DNA of 56,383 nt, filler included, from Malassezia furfur (lineage: Eukaryota), in the NCBI GenBank assembly GCA_052055015.1. It is 3 parts of 3 records of this genome, joined end to end, with 100 filler letters (N's around TTAATTAATTAA, not from the genome) between each part and the next. Parts side by side here need not be neighbours in the genome. Positions count along the whole stretch, not along the records: positions 18,847 to 37,586 come from JBQJIT010000204.1; positions 37,687 to 56,383 come from JBQJIT010000205.1; 1 more part is not named here. The stretch is one strand, 5' to 3'. Below the pieces are notes generated by a model. It had not been told where the DNA came from and did no database searches. It saw only the letters and a program-made list of their open reading frames with translations. Numbering within the stretch: position 1 is the first letter of the stretch; every line of letters starts with the position of its first letter. This document shows, piece after piece, positions 31,201 to 43,047 of the stretch. Made by a program: the position numbers and the translations under genes.

Positions 31201-31278
31201 CTCTCTCCCGCCGCGGTTCCCGCACGACACACCAACGGGCGCATCATAATGACACCCACGCATACGCCACGCCAATAA
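28231..31278 (+). CDS. RIC1: Ric1 (Rab6/Ypt6 GEF subunit, WD40 plus RIC1 domain)
   Basis: MYWP start, [56 protein letters not shown]. Confidence 0.9.
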   Translation: [1015 protein letters not shown]

Positions 31279-31415
31279 TGCTGGCGTGTGTGTGTGCACT
31301 GCGCGTGGCGCTTCCTGCCTAGATCCGTAGCGATGCGCACCTGTATTCTACGCGTGCCTCGACGCCGGCCGCCGCGGCGCCTCCACGTATCGGGCGATCG
31401 GGCCTTTTCTCGCCC

Positions 31416-31907
31416 ATGGTGCAGCACCCGCCGACGCCGGCGCGGCACGCCGCGGCCAAGCGCGACAAGAAGAAGACGCGCTCGTCGCTCGCAGCACGCC
31501 TCGCGGGCGATACGAAGCAGAGTCCACGGACACTCGCGGCGCCCGATCCGAGCGCCTCGCTCTCCAAGTCTGCGCTACGCCGCCGAAAGCACAAGCAGCG
31601 CGACCAGCTCGCGGGCAACAAGGAAGGCCTGCGCGACCTTGCCGACGAGCTTGATACCGTCGAGCACGAGCAGGAAGGCGCAGAGCAGGAAGCCCCCGCA
31701 CTTCGTGCCACCTCCGCGCCGCTCACTGCCAAGTCCAAACGGCGCATGCTGTCGCGCGAACGTGCGCGGCAGCCCTACATCCTGTCGGATTTGCAGCAGA
31801 GCGGAAACCCATTTGCAGCGCTGCGCACGCACGCACGCAACACACTGGACCTGCGCCGTGCGAATGCACAAGCGCACGTTGAGGTGGACGAGGAGATGGC
31901 GCCGTAG
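31416..31907 (+). CDS. SLX9: Ribosome biogenesis protein Slx9/FAM207A-like
   Basis: SKSALRRRKHKQR and C-terminal NPFAALRTHARNTL. Confidence 0.75.
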   Translation: MVQHPPTPARHAAAKRDKKKTRSSLAARLAGDTKQSPRTLAAPDPSASLSKSALRRRKHKQRDQLAGNKEGLRDLADELDTVEHEQEGAEQEAPALRATSAPLTAKSKRRMLSRERARQPYILSDLQQSGNPFAALRTHARNTLDLRRANAQAHVEVDEEMAP

Positions 31908-31927
31908 AGCTCGATCCTAATGCAAGC

Positions 31928-32874
31928 CTAAGTGTCACGAAGATAGTCTACGAGCGCTCGCAGCTCTTCGAGCACCGTGAGCAAAATCACGGTCTGCGGT
32001 GCCAGGCGCATCCACGATGGGAACCAGCCGCGGAACAGGAAACGCGGGCCCTCCTCGCGGAGGGACTTGGCGAGCATGGGCATGCCGCCTTCGCTGCCGC
32101 GCGCGTTCATCAACCGCGCACGCACCACATCTGCGGGCGAGCAGATGGTCGTGGCCACTGTGCCCGCGAGGAGGGAGGAGCCGAGGTAGTGTGGCAGGCT
32201 ACCCGGGGTAAAGAGGCCCGAAGATCGTAACAGGTCCTTGAAGAAGTCGTATCTGGGTCAGTATACCACACACGCTGTGCCACGTACGATGCCAACTGAG
32301 AAGAGTTCATGAGCGCCGCGCGGACCATGTTGGGTGCGAGGCCACGGAATAGGGTATGCAGCCCCTCCTCTTTGGTAATGCGGATCAAACCATTGGCTGC
32401 GCCGCGATAGTTGAAACGCTGCTCGGGGGGGCGGTACATGTCGCCCGTCATGCGCACCAGGATCACGTCGGCCGGATTCCCTGCGAGTCCGCCCGCGGCA
32501 CCCGCGAACCCAGCGGTACTGATGGTGATCCACAACGGCGGTGGCCCCCGGCGGTTGGCGATAAAGCGCTCCTTGATCTTCTCGTAGGCAGCGAACCGCG
32601 TGAGACTGTACGTCATCTGCCGCAATACGCTGGCAGAGATGCCAATGTACAGCCCGCGCACACCCTCGTTCTGGACGGTGCTCCGCAGCAGGCGCAGCGT
32701 GGTGGTTTTTTGCGGTGCGTTTTGCATGCGTAGCTTGGTGAGATCGAGTGGGTGCGTGAAGAGCACGGCAATCGACGCCGACGCACCGCCGAGCCAGAAC
32801 GGATAACGTTTTGGCGTGACCTTGGCCTGCGGCGCTGCGTCGCGGCGCACGGGCTGCGCGCCGGTCGAAGCCAT
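31928..32874 (-). CDS. DIC1: Mitochondrial dicarboxylate carrier
   Basis: PFWLGG...THPLDLTK, RQMTYSLTRF, GNPADV, RAALMNSSQLAS|YD, CSPADVV. Intron 32253-32287. Confidence 0.92.
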
Positions 32875-32940
32875 GGGTGGATGCCAAAAAGAATTTGGGC
32901 GCCCTGGGATGACTAAGCTACAGGGTGACGTGGGACTACG

Positions 32941-35900
32941 ATGTACGTTGCATTCGGCACGCTGACCCCGCAGGCGAGTCGCCGTGCAATCCGATGAGAT
33001 TGCCAGCGTGACGCTGCACAAGGAGCGTCCGCTGCTGTTTCACCTCTATGTGTTCCCCTACCTCTTTCTGTACCCGCTGCTGGCGTGGGCGTACTACGTG
33101 GAGTACGACCGGTACATCCGCTCGGAAGAATGGACGTTTGTCTTCACCGTGCTCCTCACCTCGTCGCATGCTCTCAGCTTTCTCGTGACGCGCTGGAACG
33201 TGCGTGCGCGTGCGTGGATCACGAGTACGACGGTATGTGGTGCGCAACTGACGCCAGGCCAACTCGCTCGTCTCGGCGGACCGCGTGCAGATTGTGCCGC
33301 ACGCGCACAAGGGCGAGGGAGGTATGGTGCCGCTGCGCCGTGTGGTGCGCGAGGGCGAGCGCGATGAGTTCTCGTTCGTAAGCCAGGCGGACAAGTACGT
33401 GCTGGCGGTGCCCGACTCAAAGGCGCCTGTCACGTCGATCACCGCTTCGCCCGACATCCGCGAGCCGACGTTCCGCCGCCTGCTGTATCCTGCCGACGTC
33501 CACCCGAAGCTGTCGCACTTTTTGCAGCGCCCAGGCCTCGACACCGAAGGTGTCGCGAACGCGCGCAAGCTGTACGGCAACAACGTGCTCGAAATCCCCG
33601 TGCCGCGGTTCTGGGACCTGTTCTTTGAGCACGCGGTGGCGCCCTTCTTTGTGTTCCAAGTGTTTTGTGTGGGCCTGTGGATGCTCGACGAGTACTGGTA
33701 TTCGTCGCTCTTCTCGCTGTTCGCGCTGGTGGCATTCGAGTGCACGTTGGTGTTCCAGCGACAGCGCACGCTGAACGAGTTCCGTACCATGTCGATCCAG
33801 CCGTTCACCGTCCACGTGTACCGCAACCAAAAGTGGGTGGAGACCTCCACCAACGACCTGCTGCCCGGCGACGTGATGAGCATCGTGCGCACCAAGCAAG
33901 ACTCGGCGATGCCCTGCGACGTGCTGCTCCTCTCGGGTTCGGCGATTGTCAACGAGGCCATGCTTTCGGGTGAGAGCACGCCACTGCTCAAGGAGAGCAT
34001 CGCGCAGCGCAACGGCAACGACTTCCTCGATGACCAGGACGCAGACCGTCTGCACTGCCTCTTTGGTGGCACCAAGGCGCTCCAAGTGACCGCCGGGCAG
34101 GGCGTTCCCGGCGTAACGTCGCCGCCAGATGCGGGTGCGATCGGCGTGGTGCTGCGCACGGGCTTTGGCACGACGCAGGGCCGCCTGGTACGCCTGATGG
34201 TCTTCACCAACGAGAACCAGGTCACGGCGAACAACTGGGAGAGCTTTGTGTTTATTGCGTTTTTGCTGGTGTTTGCGATCGCGGCGAGTGCCTACGTGTG
34301 GGTGCACGGCCTGGAGATGGGCCGCCCCAAGGGCAAGCTGCTGCTGCACTGTGTACTGATCATTACCTCGGTGGTCCCCGCGGAGCTGCCGATGGAGCTG
34401 TCCATGGCGGTGAACGCATCGTTGGCGGCGCTCGGCAAGTTTGCCATCTTCTGCACGGAGCCGTTCCGTATCCCGTACGCGGGTCGGGTGGACGTGTGCT
34501 GCTTTGACAAGACGGGCACCATCACCGGCGAGGACCTCGAGGTGCAGGGCGTGGTGGGCTCGAGCGACCCCAAGTCGGAGGCGCTGGAGCCTGTGTCGCA
34601 CGCCACGCCCGAGACCACGCTGGTGCTTGCGGCGGCGCACGCGCTGGTGATTGTCGATGACGAGGTGGTCGGCGACCCGATGGAGAAGCGCACCGTCGAG
34701 GCGATCGGCTGGGAGGTGAAGCGCGGCGACCACGTCGTGCCGACGGAGCGCGCTGCAGCGCCGAGTCAGCACTCGGTGCACATCCGCGTGCGCTTCCACT
34801 TTTCCTCCGCGCTGAAGCGCATGTCGACCGTTGCGCAGGTCTCGCTGAGCCACGGCAAGAAGACGACGATGCTCGCCAGCGTCAAGGGCGCGCCTGAAAC
34901 GCTGCGCCCCATGTTTGCCGAGCTCCCGCCGAACTACGACACGCTCTACCGCGACTACACGCGCCGCGGGTCGCGCGTGATTGCGCTCGGCTACAAGTAT
35001 ATGGACCACCTCGACGCCCAAGGCCTCCGCAACGTGCGCCGCGAGGACGTCGAGTCGAAGCTGCACTTTGCCGGCTTCCTCGTGCTGCACTGCCCGCTGA
35101 AGCCCGATGCGGTCGAGTCGCTGCGCCAGCTGAACGACTCGGCACACCGTTGCGTGATGATCACGGGCGACAATGCACTCACCGCCGTGCACATCGCCGA
35201 GGAGGTCGAGATCGTCACGCGCGACGCCATCATCCTGGACCGCCGCGAGGGCGGCGAGGAGCACGAGCTGGTGTGGCACAAGACGAACGACGAGGTGGTG
35301 CGCCACCAGGACGTGGACGCGCCGCTGCACCGTCACCTGTTCGACGAGTACGACGTTGTGGTGACGGGTGTGGCGCTGCGCCAGTTCGAGACGCGCCCCG
35401 ACTCGCTCAAGGAGCTCGTGGAAAACACGTCGGTGTACGCGCGCGTGTCGCCGACGCAGAAGGAGCTCGTGCTGAGCACGCTCAAGTCGCTCAAGTACAT
35501 CACGCTCATGGCCGGCGACGGCACCAACGACGTCGGCGCCCTCAAGATGGCCAACATCGGCGTGGCGCTCCTCGACGGCTCGCCCGAGGATCTGAAGAAG
35601 ATTGCTCAGCACCAGATGCTCGAGCGCCAAAAGAAGGTGTACGAGTCGCAGCTGTCGCTCATGGCCAAGTGGGGCCAGCCGCCGCCGCCCGTGCCGCCGG
35701 CGCTCAAGGAGGCTTATCCGGACCTGGAGCAGGCGCGCGAAAAGGCCGTGCAGCTGCTGCAGTCGCAGCGCCGCACGAACCCTGTGGCGAAGTTCGACAT
35801 TGCCTCGATCACGCAGAGCATGAGCGCGATGGACGAGGAGGAGGACGGCCCGCCGCAGATCCGCCTCGGCGACGCGAGTGTCGCGGCGCCGTTCACGAGC

Positions 35901-36698
35901 AAACTGTCCAACGTCTCGGCGATCTGTGCCATCATCCGTCAGGGCCGCTGCACGCTCGTCGCCACGATCCAGATGTACAAGATTCTGGCACTCAACTGCC
36001 TGATCCAGGCATACGCGCTGAGTGCGCAGTACATTGACGGCATCCGCTCGGGCGACTACCAGCTGACGGTGAGCGGCCTGCTGGCGTCGGTGTGCTTCTA
36101 CTGCATCAGCCGCGGGCAGCCGATCGAGTCGCTGGCGCCGGAGCGCCCGGTGAGCAACATCGTGAACTTGTACGTGTTTGGGTCGGTGATGACCCAAACG
36201 GCGATCCACGTCGTGTCGATGCTGAGTGTGCAGCGTTTGACGCTGCGCTACGAGGCGCCCTTCCAGCCGGAGGACTTTGACATCACGGCCAAGTTTACGC
36301 CGACGCTGCTCAACACGGGCGTCTTCTTGCTGGGCCTGTCGCAGACCATGTCGACGTTCGCTGTGAACTACATCGGTCGGCCGTGGCGCGAGAGCATCAT
36401 GGAGAACAAGGTCCTCTACTGGGGCCTGCTCGGCACCACGGCGGTGGCCTACTTCGGTGTGCTCGAGTGGATGCCCGAGCTGAACGAGTGGCTGCAGCTG
36501 ACCAAGATGGAGCCGTCGTACCAACGTGCGCTGCTCACGACGATGCTCGCCGACCTGGTGGGATGCTTTGCCGCAGAGCGCTTCTGGAAGCTGTTTGCCG
36601 ACGTGCAGCCACGCAAGATGGTGCTCACGGGGCAAAAGCTGCGTGCCGCGCGCCGCGCCGCCCTTGGCGGCGCGCCCTCGGACAAGAAGCGCGACTAA
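32941..36698 (+). CDS. SPF1: P5A-type ATPase (ER transmembrane helix dislocase)
   Basis: FDKTGTITG, VVPAELPMELS, LSGESTP, MITGDN, MAGDGTNDVGALK. Introns 32943-32973 (splits the ATG) and 33233-33257. Confidence 0.95.
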
Positions 36699-36735
36699 GG
36701 TGGCGTGGAAACTGCAGTGTATGTATCTGTAGGAA

Positions 36736-37586
36736 CTAGTCTGCCTTGGCAGCGTCCTCGGGCACGGACTGCGTAATAAATACATGGTCGAGCGGCGCGC
36801 CGGCGCTCGGGCGCTGTGCCTCATCGACCTCAAAGGTGCGGAGCAAGAAGTCGGTCGCCGCCGCCGAAATGTCCGGTGGGATCTCGGGGTGGCGGCTCAT
36901 GCCGATTTGGAAGAGCGCCTGCATCTGGTCGAGCTTGGGCCACGGGTGCATCGCGGTGAGCATCTCGACGATGAGGCACCCGACGCTCCAGACGTCCGCC
37001 TTGGGCGTGTGCGAGGTCTGCTTCACCACCTCGGGTGCCATCCAAAACACGGAGCCCTGGAGCATGCCGCGCTGCCCGCGCGCGCTGACCAGCAGGCCGC
37101 TCTCGACCTTTTTGCTGATGCCAAAGTCGCTGATCTTGACGCCGCCCTTGTTGTCGACGAGGATGTTGGCGCCCTTGATGTCGCGGTGCACAATCGCCTG
37201 CGAGTGCAGGAAATAGAGTCCTTGCAGGATCTGCCGCACAAAGTTTTGTACAAGCTGCTCCTCAAACGCGCCATAGTTGCGCAGCAGCGCCACCACCGAC
37301 CCACCGGGCACGTACTCGAGGAAAATATTGAGGAATTCGCCGTCCGCATAGCTGTCCAGGTAATGCACAATGTTGGGGTGTTGGATCGTCTTGAGCAGCG
37401 CGATCTCGGCCTCGAGCGACTCGATCATGTAGCGCCGGCGTTGCGTCGCTGCCTCGTCGCTTGTCGGCAGCTCGACCTGCTTCACAGCCATCAACAGACC
37501 CGTCTTGGCGTTCATTCCGAGGAACACCTTACCAAAGGACCCGGCACCGATCAGCGCGCCCTTGTGCCACCGCATGCGCGGCTTGG
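36736..37586 (-). CDS. STE11: Ste11-type MAPKKK, kinase domain only (truncated at spacer)
   Basis: WHKGALIGAGSFGKVFLGMNAKTGLLMAVKQV, HRDIKGANILVDNKGGVKISDFGISKK, LQGSVFWMAPEVVKQT. Confidence 0.9.
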
Positions 37587-37686
37587 NNNNNNNNNNNNNN
37601 NNNNNNNNNNNNNNNNNNNNNNNNNNNNNNTTAATTAATTAANNNNNNNNNNNNNNNNNNNNNNNNNNNNNNNNNNNNNNNNNNNN
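37587..37686. other. Artificial contig/segment spacer
   Basis: N44-TTAATTAATTAA-N44. Confidence 0.98.
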
Positions 37687-39926
37687 CGCGCTGCACCTGC
37701 TGCCGCACGCCGTGCCGCGCAGGGCCGACGTCGCACCGCGTCTCGCTGCCGTACGCGCCGAAACGGTCGAGCGGCGGGTGCAAACGCCAAACAAGCGCGC
37801 CGTCCTCGGTACGGTCGGGAGCAAACGTGAGCGACAGCGAGAGCATCGTGTCGACGAGCGCGTGCATCGCGTGCTGGGCCTCGGCACTCGTCTGCGGCGT
37901 GGGCTGTGTAAGGGAAGGAGGTACGTACGCGCTTCAAATCGGGGCTCAGGATCTTGACGAGCGCGGGGCCAAGCTCGGTGGCGATCGCCGTGCGCGAGTA
38001 GAACGGCTGCGTGTTGGGCGAGAGGTGCGCGCGCAGCGTCGCGACCAGCTCGTGCGTCTCGGTGAGGCGCACATGGTTGTCGTAGTCCGTGCGCGGCAGC
38101 TGCTCCGGCAGCGGGTTCGCCAGATTCGCAAAGAGCAGGTGCCACGGCACAAACGCCCAGGGCAAAAACGCAAACAGCTCGTACGCGGGTCCATTCCCGC
38201 CGCCGCCATACGCACGGTGCGTCATGCTCTGCGCAAAGTGCAGCCAGTCGTGCGCAGACGCATACCGCTGCCACCCCTGGTCGGGCAGGCGCAGGCGCAG
38301 GTAGTGCTCAAAGCACCCCTGCGCCAGCCGGTCGTACTCGCCATACCCAGTCATCTCGTGCACGAGCGCACGCATGCGGTCCGCAGGTGTCGCCTTGGTC
38401 TGGCGCGAGCGCCGCGCGTGGAAGGCCGCAGGGGTCGCATCCACCTGGCAAAAGAGCTGCGCAAACAGCCGCTGCTGCGACACGACGCTGTCCTTGATGC
38501 CGATCGTCGACTGCGTGATGGCGTCGTCCGTGACGGGGGCGTCGCGCGTATGCAGCATCTCGAGCGCGTGCAGGCACGCCCGCAAATCGCCGTGCGTCAG
38601 CTCACACAACAGCGACAGACTGCGCGTGTCGGCCCGCAGCTGCTCCGCCGCACAGATCTGCGACAGACGCCGCGCAATCGCAGGCGTCGGCGGGCGGTGG
38701 AAGCGCAGAATCTTGCTCCACGGACGCAGGGGACGCAGCGCAGGCGCATACAAGTCGTTGCACACACATACAATCGGACGCAGCACGGGCGGTGCGCCTT
38801 TTTTGCGGCGCACGCCGGGCGCGTCCGAAGCGCGCCGCTTGCCGTCGCCCTTGCCGCGCTCCACAAGCCGCACGAGCGCACGCACAAAGCCCGCCGTACC
38901 GAGTGCATCACCGCCGCTGCCGCCCGTCGCGCCGTCGATCTCGTCAATGACCACGAGCGTCGGACGGCCCCCACCCCGTAGGCTATCGGACTCGAGCGCG
39001 ACGCGGACGCGTTGCTCGACGTCGCCGGCAGTGCGTGCGTCCGAGGCATTCAGCTCATAGACGCGGTAGCCAGCCTGTGCCGCCACGACGTGTGCCAGTG
39101 TCGTCTTGCCCAGCCCCGGCGGGCCAGAAATCAGCAGCACACGCTCGGCGGGGCGCTGGTACGGGTCGGGCGGCGGCCCGGCCTCTTCGGCATCGGCATT
39201 GAGGGCGCGCTTGCGTGGTGCAGGCACCGCACGGCCAAACACGCACGCATCCCACTCTTTTACCCAGCGCAGCGCGTCGCGATGCACGCGGTCGTCGCCG
39301 AGCAGTTCGGTGAATTTGCGCGGTCGGTACTTTTCGGCCCACATCACCTCGGACGCGGGGCGCGCACGCACGCGCGGCGGTGCGGGCGGGGGGTTGTGCA
39401 CGCGCTCCATCAGCCGGCCGATCGGTTCGCCAAGCAGCTCGTGCGTTGCTGTGCGCATGGGCGCGGGCGGCTGGGTCAGGATGCGACGTACCGTCCATCC
39501 ACGCGTGCGTCGACGGCGTGGGATCGTGATAGGGCGCCCATCGAGCGTCGTGGCATATGCGGGCTCGGCAGGGATGTACTTGGGTATGTGGGATGCGTCG
39601 GGGGCCGCGCGCGGTGCCGCAGGGGTATGTTGGGTCGCTGCATAGAGCTGAAAGGTGGGAGCAGTGGGCGCCGTGCGCGGCGCCGGCGGCGCTGGTGGTG
39701 CCGTCTCAAATGCCATGTGCGTGTCCTTGCGCTCGTCGGCAGCCGGTGCTGGCGTCGTGTCGTCGACGTCCATCGCGTTGTCCGCCTCCTCGTCGAGGCC
39801 AAGGAACAGCACGTCCTGAGGGTCGTGCGCCGGCTCATCGTCAAATGCACGCGGCCGTGCCCACTCGCCCGCGATCTCCTCCTCGGCCGCAAGTAGGGCC
39901 TCGAGGTCATCTGCATCGTCCTCCAT
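37687..39926 (-). CDS. CTF18: Ctf18 alternative clamp-loader subunit (3' end truncated at spacer)
   Basis: WAEKYRPRKFTELLG, WVKEWDACVF, GPPGLGKTT, ELNASD, DEIDG, RPIVCVCNDLY. Introns 39471-39491 and 37904-37928. Confidence 0.93.
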
Positions 39927-40012
39927 TGCATACGAGCGCTGCGACGCGCGCTCCGCGAACATCCTGAAGGTGGACGCGTCGCGTAAATGGGTTAGTCAGC
40001 ACCGCACGCCGC

Positions 40013-41066
40013 ATGCTTCGCACCGCGCGCCTCGTTTCGCGTGCTTCGGTGGGGATGACGAAACGCGCGGCGAGCGCGGCAGCAAGCGCAAGCGCAAGCA
40101 GTACGCCGAAGCGCGCACGCGCCACGCCCAAATCAGACGCGGATGGCGATGCGCCGCGCTCGCCCGCGGCGCCGACGGGCGTCGACCACGTCGCGCCCGA
40201 CTGGGTGCCGCGCAACAAAGAGCTACCCAAGGGCGCGCTGTCGTTTGAGCGCCCGCAGGAGGGCGATGTGCGCATGGTGATTTGGAACATTACGTCGCTC
40301 AAGTCGTCCGATGCCAAGGGTCTCATGCGCTACATCAAGGCCGAGGACCCCGACGTGCTGATCCTGAGTGAGACCAAGGTACGTGGGCGCGCTGACGCAG
40401 GTGAACGCGCCGCCGGCGCACGCAGGTCTCGACGCAACATACGCGCACCAGTACTGGGGCATCGGCGAGAAGAAGGGCTACGCCGGCGTGGCGGTCCTGT
40501 CGAAAATCAAACCGAGCGAGGTGCACTATGGCCTGCCCGGCTTCCATGACCCCAGCTCGCGCGCGCGCATGATCACCGTCGTGTTCCCGCACACGGTCGT
40601 GGTGGGCACGTACGCGGTGAATGCCGGCGACCAGCTCAAGACACTCGACAACAAGATGCGCTGGAACGACGCGCTCGAGAAGCACCTGGAGACGTACGCG
40701 GACCGCGACCTGATCTGGTGCGGCGACCTGAACGTCGTGTGGGACGACCGTGACCTCGCGGGTGCGTCGAAGAAGTGGAACAAGTCGGCCGGCTACACCG
40801 AGGCCGAGTGCGACGCACACCGCCGCGTGCTGGGCGCGACGCAGATGCAGGACGCCTGGCGCGTCCTGCACCCCGACGCAGTTGGCGAGTACACGTACTA
40901 CGGGTGGCGCGGCAACTGCCGCGCACGCGGCGCGGGCTGGCGCATCGACACGTTCATCGCGAATGCGCGCGCGCTGCCGCGCATCACCGCGTGCGAGATC
41001 CGGCACGCGATCTACGGCGCGAGCGACCACCTGCCGGTGGTAGCCGATGTGCGGGGACCGCTATGA
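40013..41066 (+). CDS. ExoIII/Xth-family AP endonuclease (APE1-like, no GRF zinc-finger tail)
   Basis: WNITSL, LSETK, KKGYAGVA, CGDLNV, YTYY, GWRIDTF, GASDHLPV. Intron 40379-40400. Confidence 0.92.
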
Positions 41067-41075
41067 CGTAGCTAT

Positions 41076-42788
41076 TTAGCACTGGCCCGAATAGCCGTGG
41101 CCCTTGGCGCCCTTGTTCACTGGACGGCCAAGGTACGCGTCGGTCATGCGTACCAGGCCCGGGACGTGGCGCCCGCGGCCGCTGCTTGCCGGGGCCTGCG
41201 CTTTGTCATCGCCCGTGTCGACGTTCGGCGAGGCGTCCGCGAGGTGCCGGGGCACCGACGACGGGTCGGCCGCGAGCTGCTGCGTAATGTGCAGAATGTC
41301 ACGCACAAGCTGCTCGATCAAGTCAGCCGTCATGCTGTCGCGCACGACCACACGCAAGATCTGCACGTTCTGCAGCGTCGGCGGCAGCTCGTAGTTCGGC
41401 ACGATCCAGCCCTTGGCGCGCAGTAGCACCTGCACCCAGCGCTGCTGCAGCGTGGGGTGATTCTTCTGGAACTCGTCCGTCCACCGGAACGCAACGACGG
41501 GCAGACCCGGCACGTAGTACTTGGCGTCGTGTACGTCGACGGCGTGCGTCTTGAGCTCGGCCTCGGCAATCTTGCTGACGGGGCGGTGGATGTCGGACAG
41601 CACGAGGAAGTCGCCGCTCAGCTCCAGCGAGCGCGAGAGGAGACGCGCGTTCTGCAGATTGGCCTGCATCGCCTTGGTAAAGCCCTCGCGGCCGAGGCTG
41701 ATAAAGTTGAACATCTGCCCCAGGATTGGCGCCGCGGGGCGCGAGAAGTTCAGGCCAAACGAGTACTCGACCGAACCAAGGTAGTGCAGCTCGAACACGA
41801 GGTCGTCGGGTACTTCGTCCGCGGAGCGGAACACGATCCACCCAACACCGGGGTACACCATGCCGAACTTGTGGCCCGACGTGTTGATCGACTTGACACG
41901 CTCCAGCTCAAATCCCCAGCGCAAATCCGGGGTCGCGAACGGCGCCACCATACCGCCCGACGCACCGTCCACGTGGATCGGCACATCGATGCCCGTGCGC
42001 GCCTGCAGCGCGTCGAGTTCCTTGGCGACCTCCTCGACAGGCTCGTAGTGGCCCGTGTACGTTGACCCAAGAATCACCACCACGGCAATCGTGTTTTCGT
42101 CGACCTTTTCCATCGCGCGCTTCGCGTCGAGGCAGTAGTGCGTCGACTCGTCAATGTCCACGGGGCGCTCTTCCACGTCCCAGTAGCGCGCAAACTTTTC
42201 GACGGCAACCTGCACGTTTGCACCAAACACGAGGTTTGGGCCCGGCTCGTGGATCGACTTGCCCTGCGCCTTGCGCTTGTTTTGCCAGCGGCGCTTGGCC
42301 GCCAGCAGACCGAGCATAATCGCCTCCGACGAGCCGGTCGTCGCCGTGCCCATCGCCGCACGTGCACGCCCGTCCTGCTGCTTCACCTTGGGTGCATTCC
42401 ACAGCGTCGCGATCGAGCTCACGCAGCGCGCGTGGATCGACATCGTCGCAGGATATTCGTCCTGATCACACAGGTTGATGCCGATCGACTCGCTCATCAG
42501 CTGGTGCGCGCGCTCGGGCATCCACGTGTGCACGAACGAGGCAAGGTTCAGACCTGGCTTGCCGTCAAGCAGCAACTCGTTCTTGAGTAGCTGGTACGTC
42601 GCATCCTCCGACAGACCCTGCTCGGGAATGCTGTACTTGGGCACGAGCTGCGTCTCGTAACGGCCAGCGTGCGCCGACGTCACGGTCGACGGGCCGCCGC
42701 CGCCGCGTGCGAGGCGCAGCACACGGCCAGCATCGTCTTCGGCCTCTTCGACGAGTAGCTCGGGGTCAATGTGCAGCGAAAGAGGCAT
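41076..42788 (-). CDS. GAD1: Glutamate decarboxylase (PLP-dependent)
   Basis: LNLASFVHTWM, DEYPAT, TTGSSEAIML, HVDGASGG, SINTSGHK (PLP lysine). Confidence 0.95.
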   Translation of the reverse strand: MPLSLHIDPELLVEEAEDDAGRVLRLARGGGGPSTVTSAHAGRYETQLVPKYSIPEQGLSEDATYQLLKNELLLDGKPGLNLASFVHTWMPERAHQLMSESIGINLCDQDEYPATMSIHARCVSSIATLWNAPKVKQQDGRARAAMGTATTGSSEAIMLGLLAAKRRWQNKRKAQGKSIHEPGPNLVFGANVQVAVEKFARYWDVEERPVDIDESTHYCLDAKRAMEKVDENTIAVVVILGSTYTGHYEPVEEVAKELDALQARTGIDVPIHVDGASGGMVAPFATPDLRWGFELERVKSINTSGHKFGMVYPGVGWIVFRSADEVPDDLVFELHYLGSVEYSFGLNFSRPAAPILGQMFNFISLGREGFTKAMQANLQNARLLSRSLELSGDFLVLSDIHRPVSKIAEAELKTHAVDVHDAKYYVPGLPVVAFRWTDEFQKNHPTLQQRWVQVLLRAKGWIVPNYELPPTLQNVQILRVVVRDSMTADLIEQLVRDILHITQQLAADPSSVPRHLADASPNVDTGDDKAQAPASSGRGRHVPGLVRMTDAYLGRPVNKGAKGHGYSGQC

Positions 42789-43047
42789 GGTTGTGTCAGG
42801 AACGAAATCCCGCCGTGCCCGCGCTCGGGACGCACATGGGCCGTGCGCATGCACCACCGCGGACCTGTCAGATGCGCGGAAATTCCCTCGCGCGCGACCC
42901 CGTTCGGTCGGCCGCCGAACACGTCCGGAGCGTCACGCATAGATATGTCAGCGTGAGTCAGCGATTTTATGGGAATCACGTGGCGCGCTGCGCCGCCCCA
43001 ACGTTCTCGCGCGTAGCCCCCGCACGTCGCGTTGGACTCCACACGAC

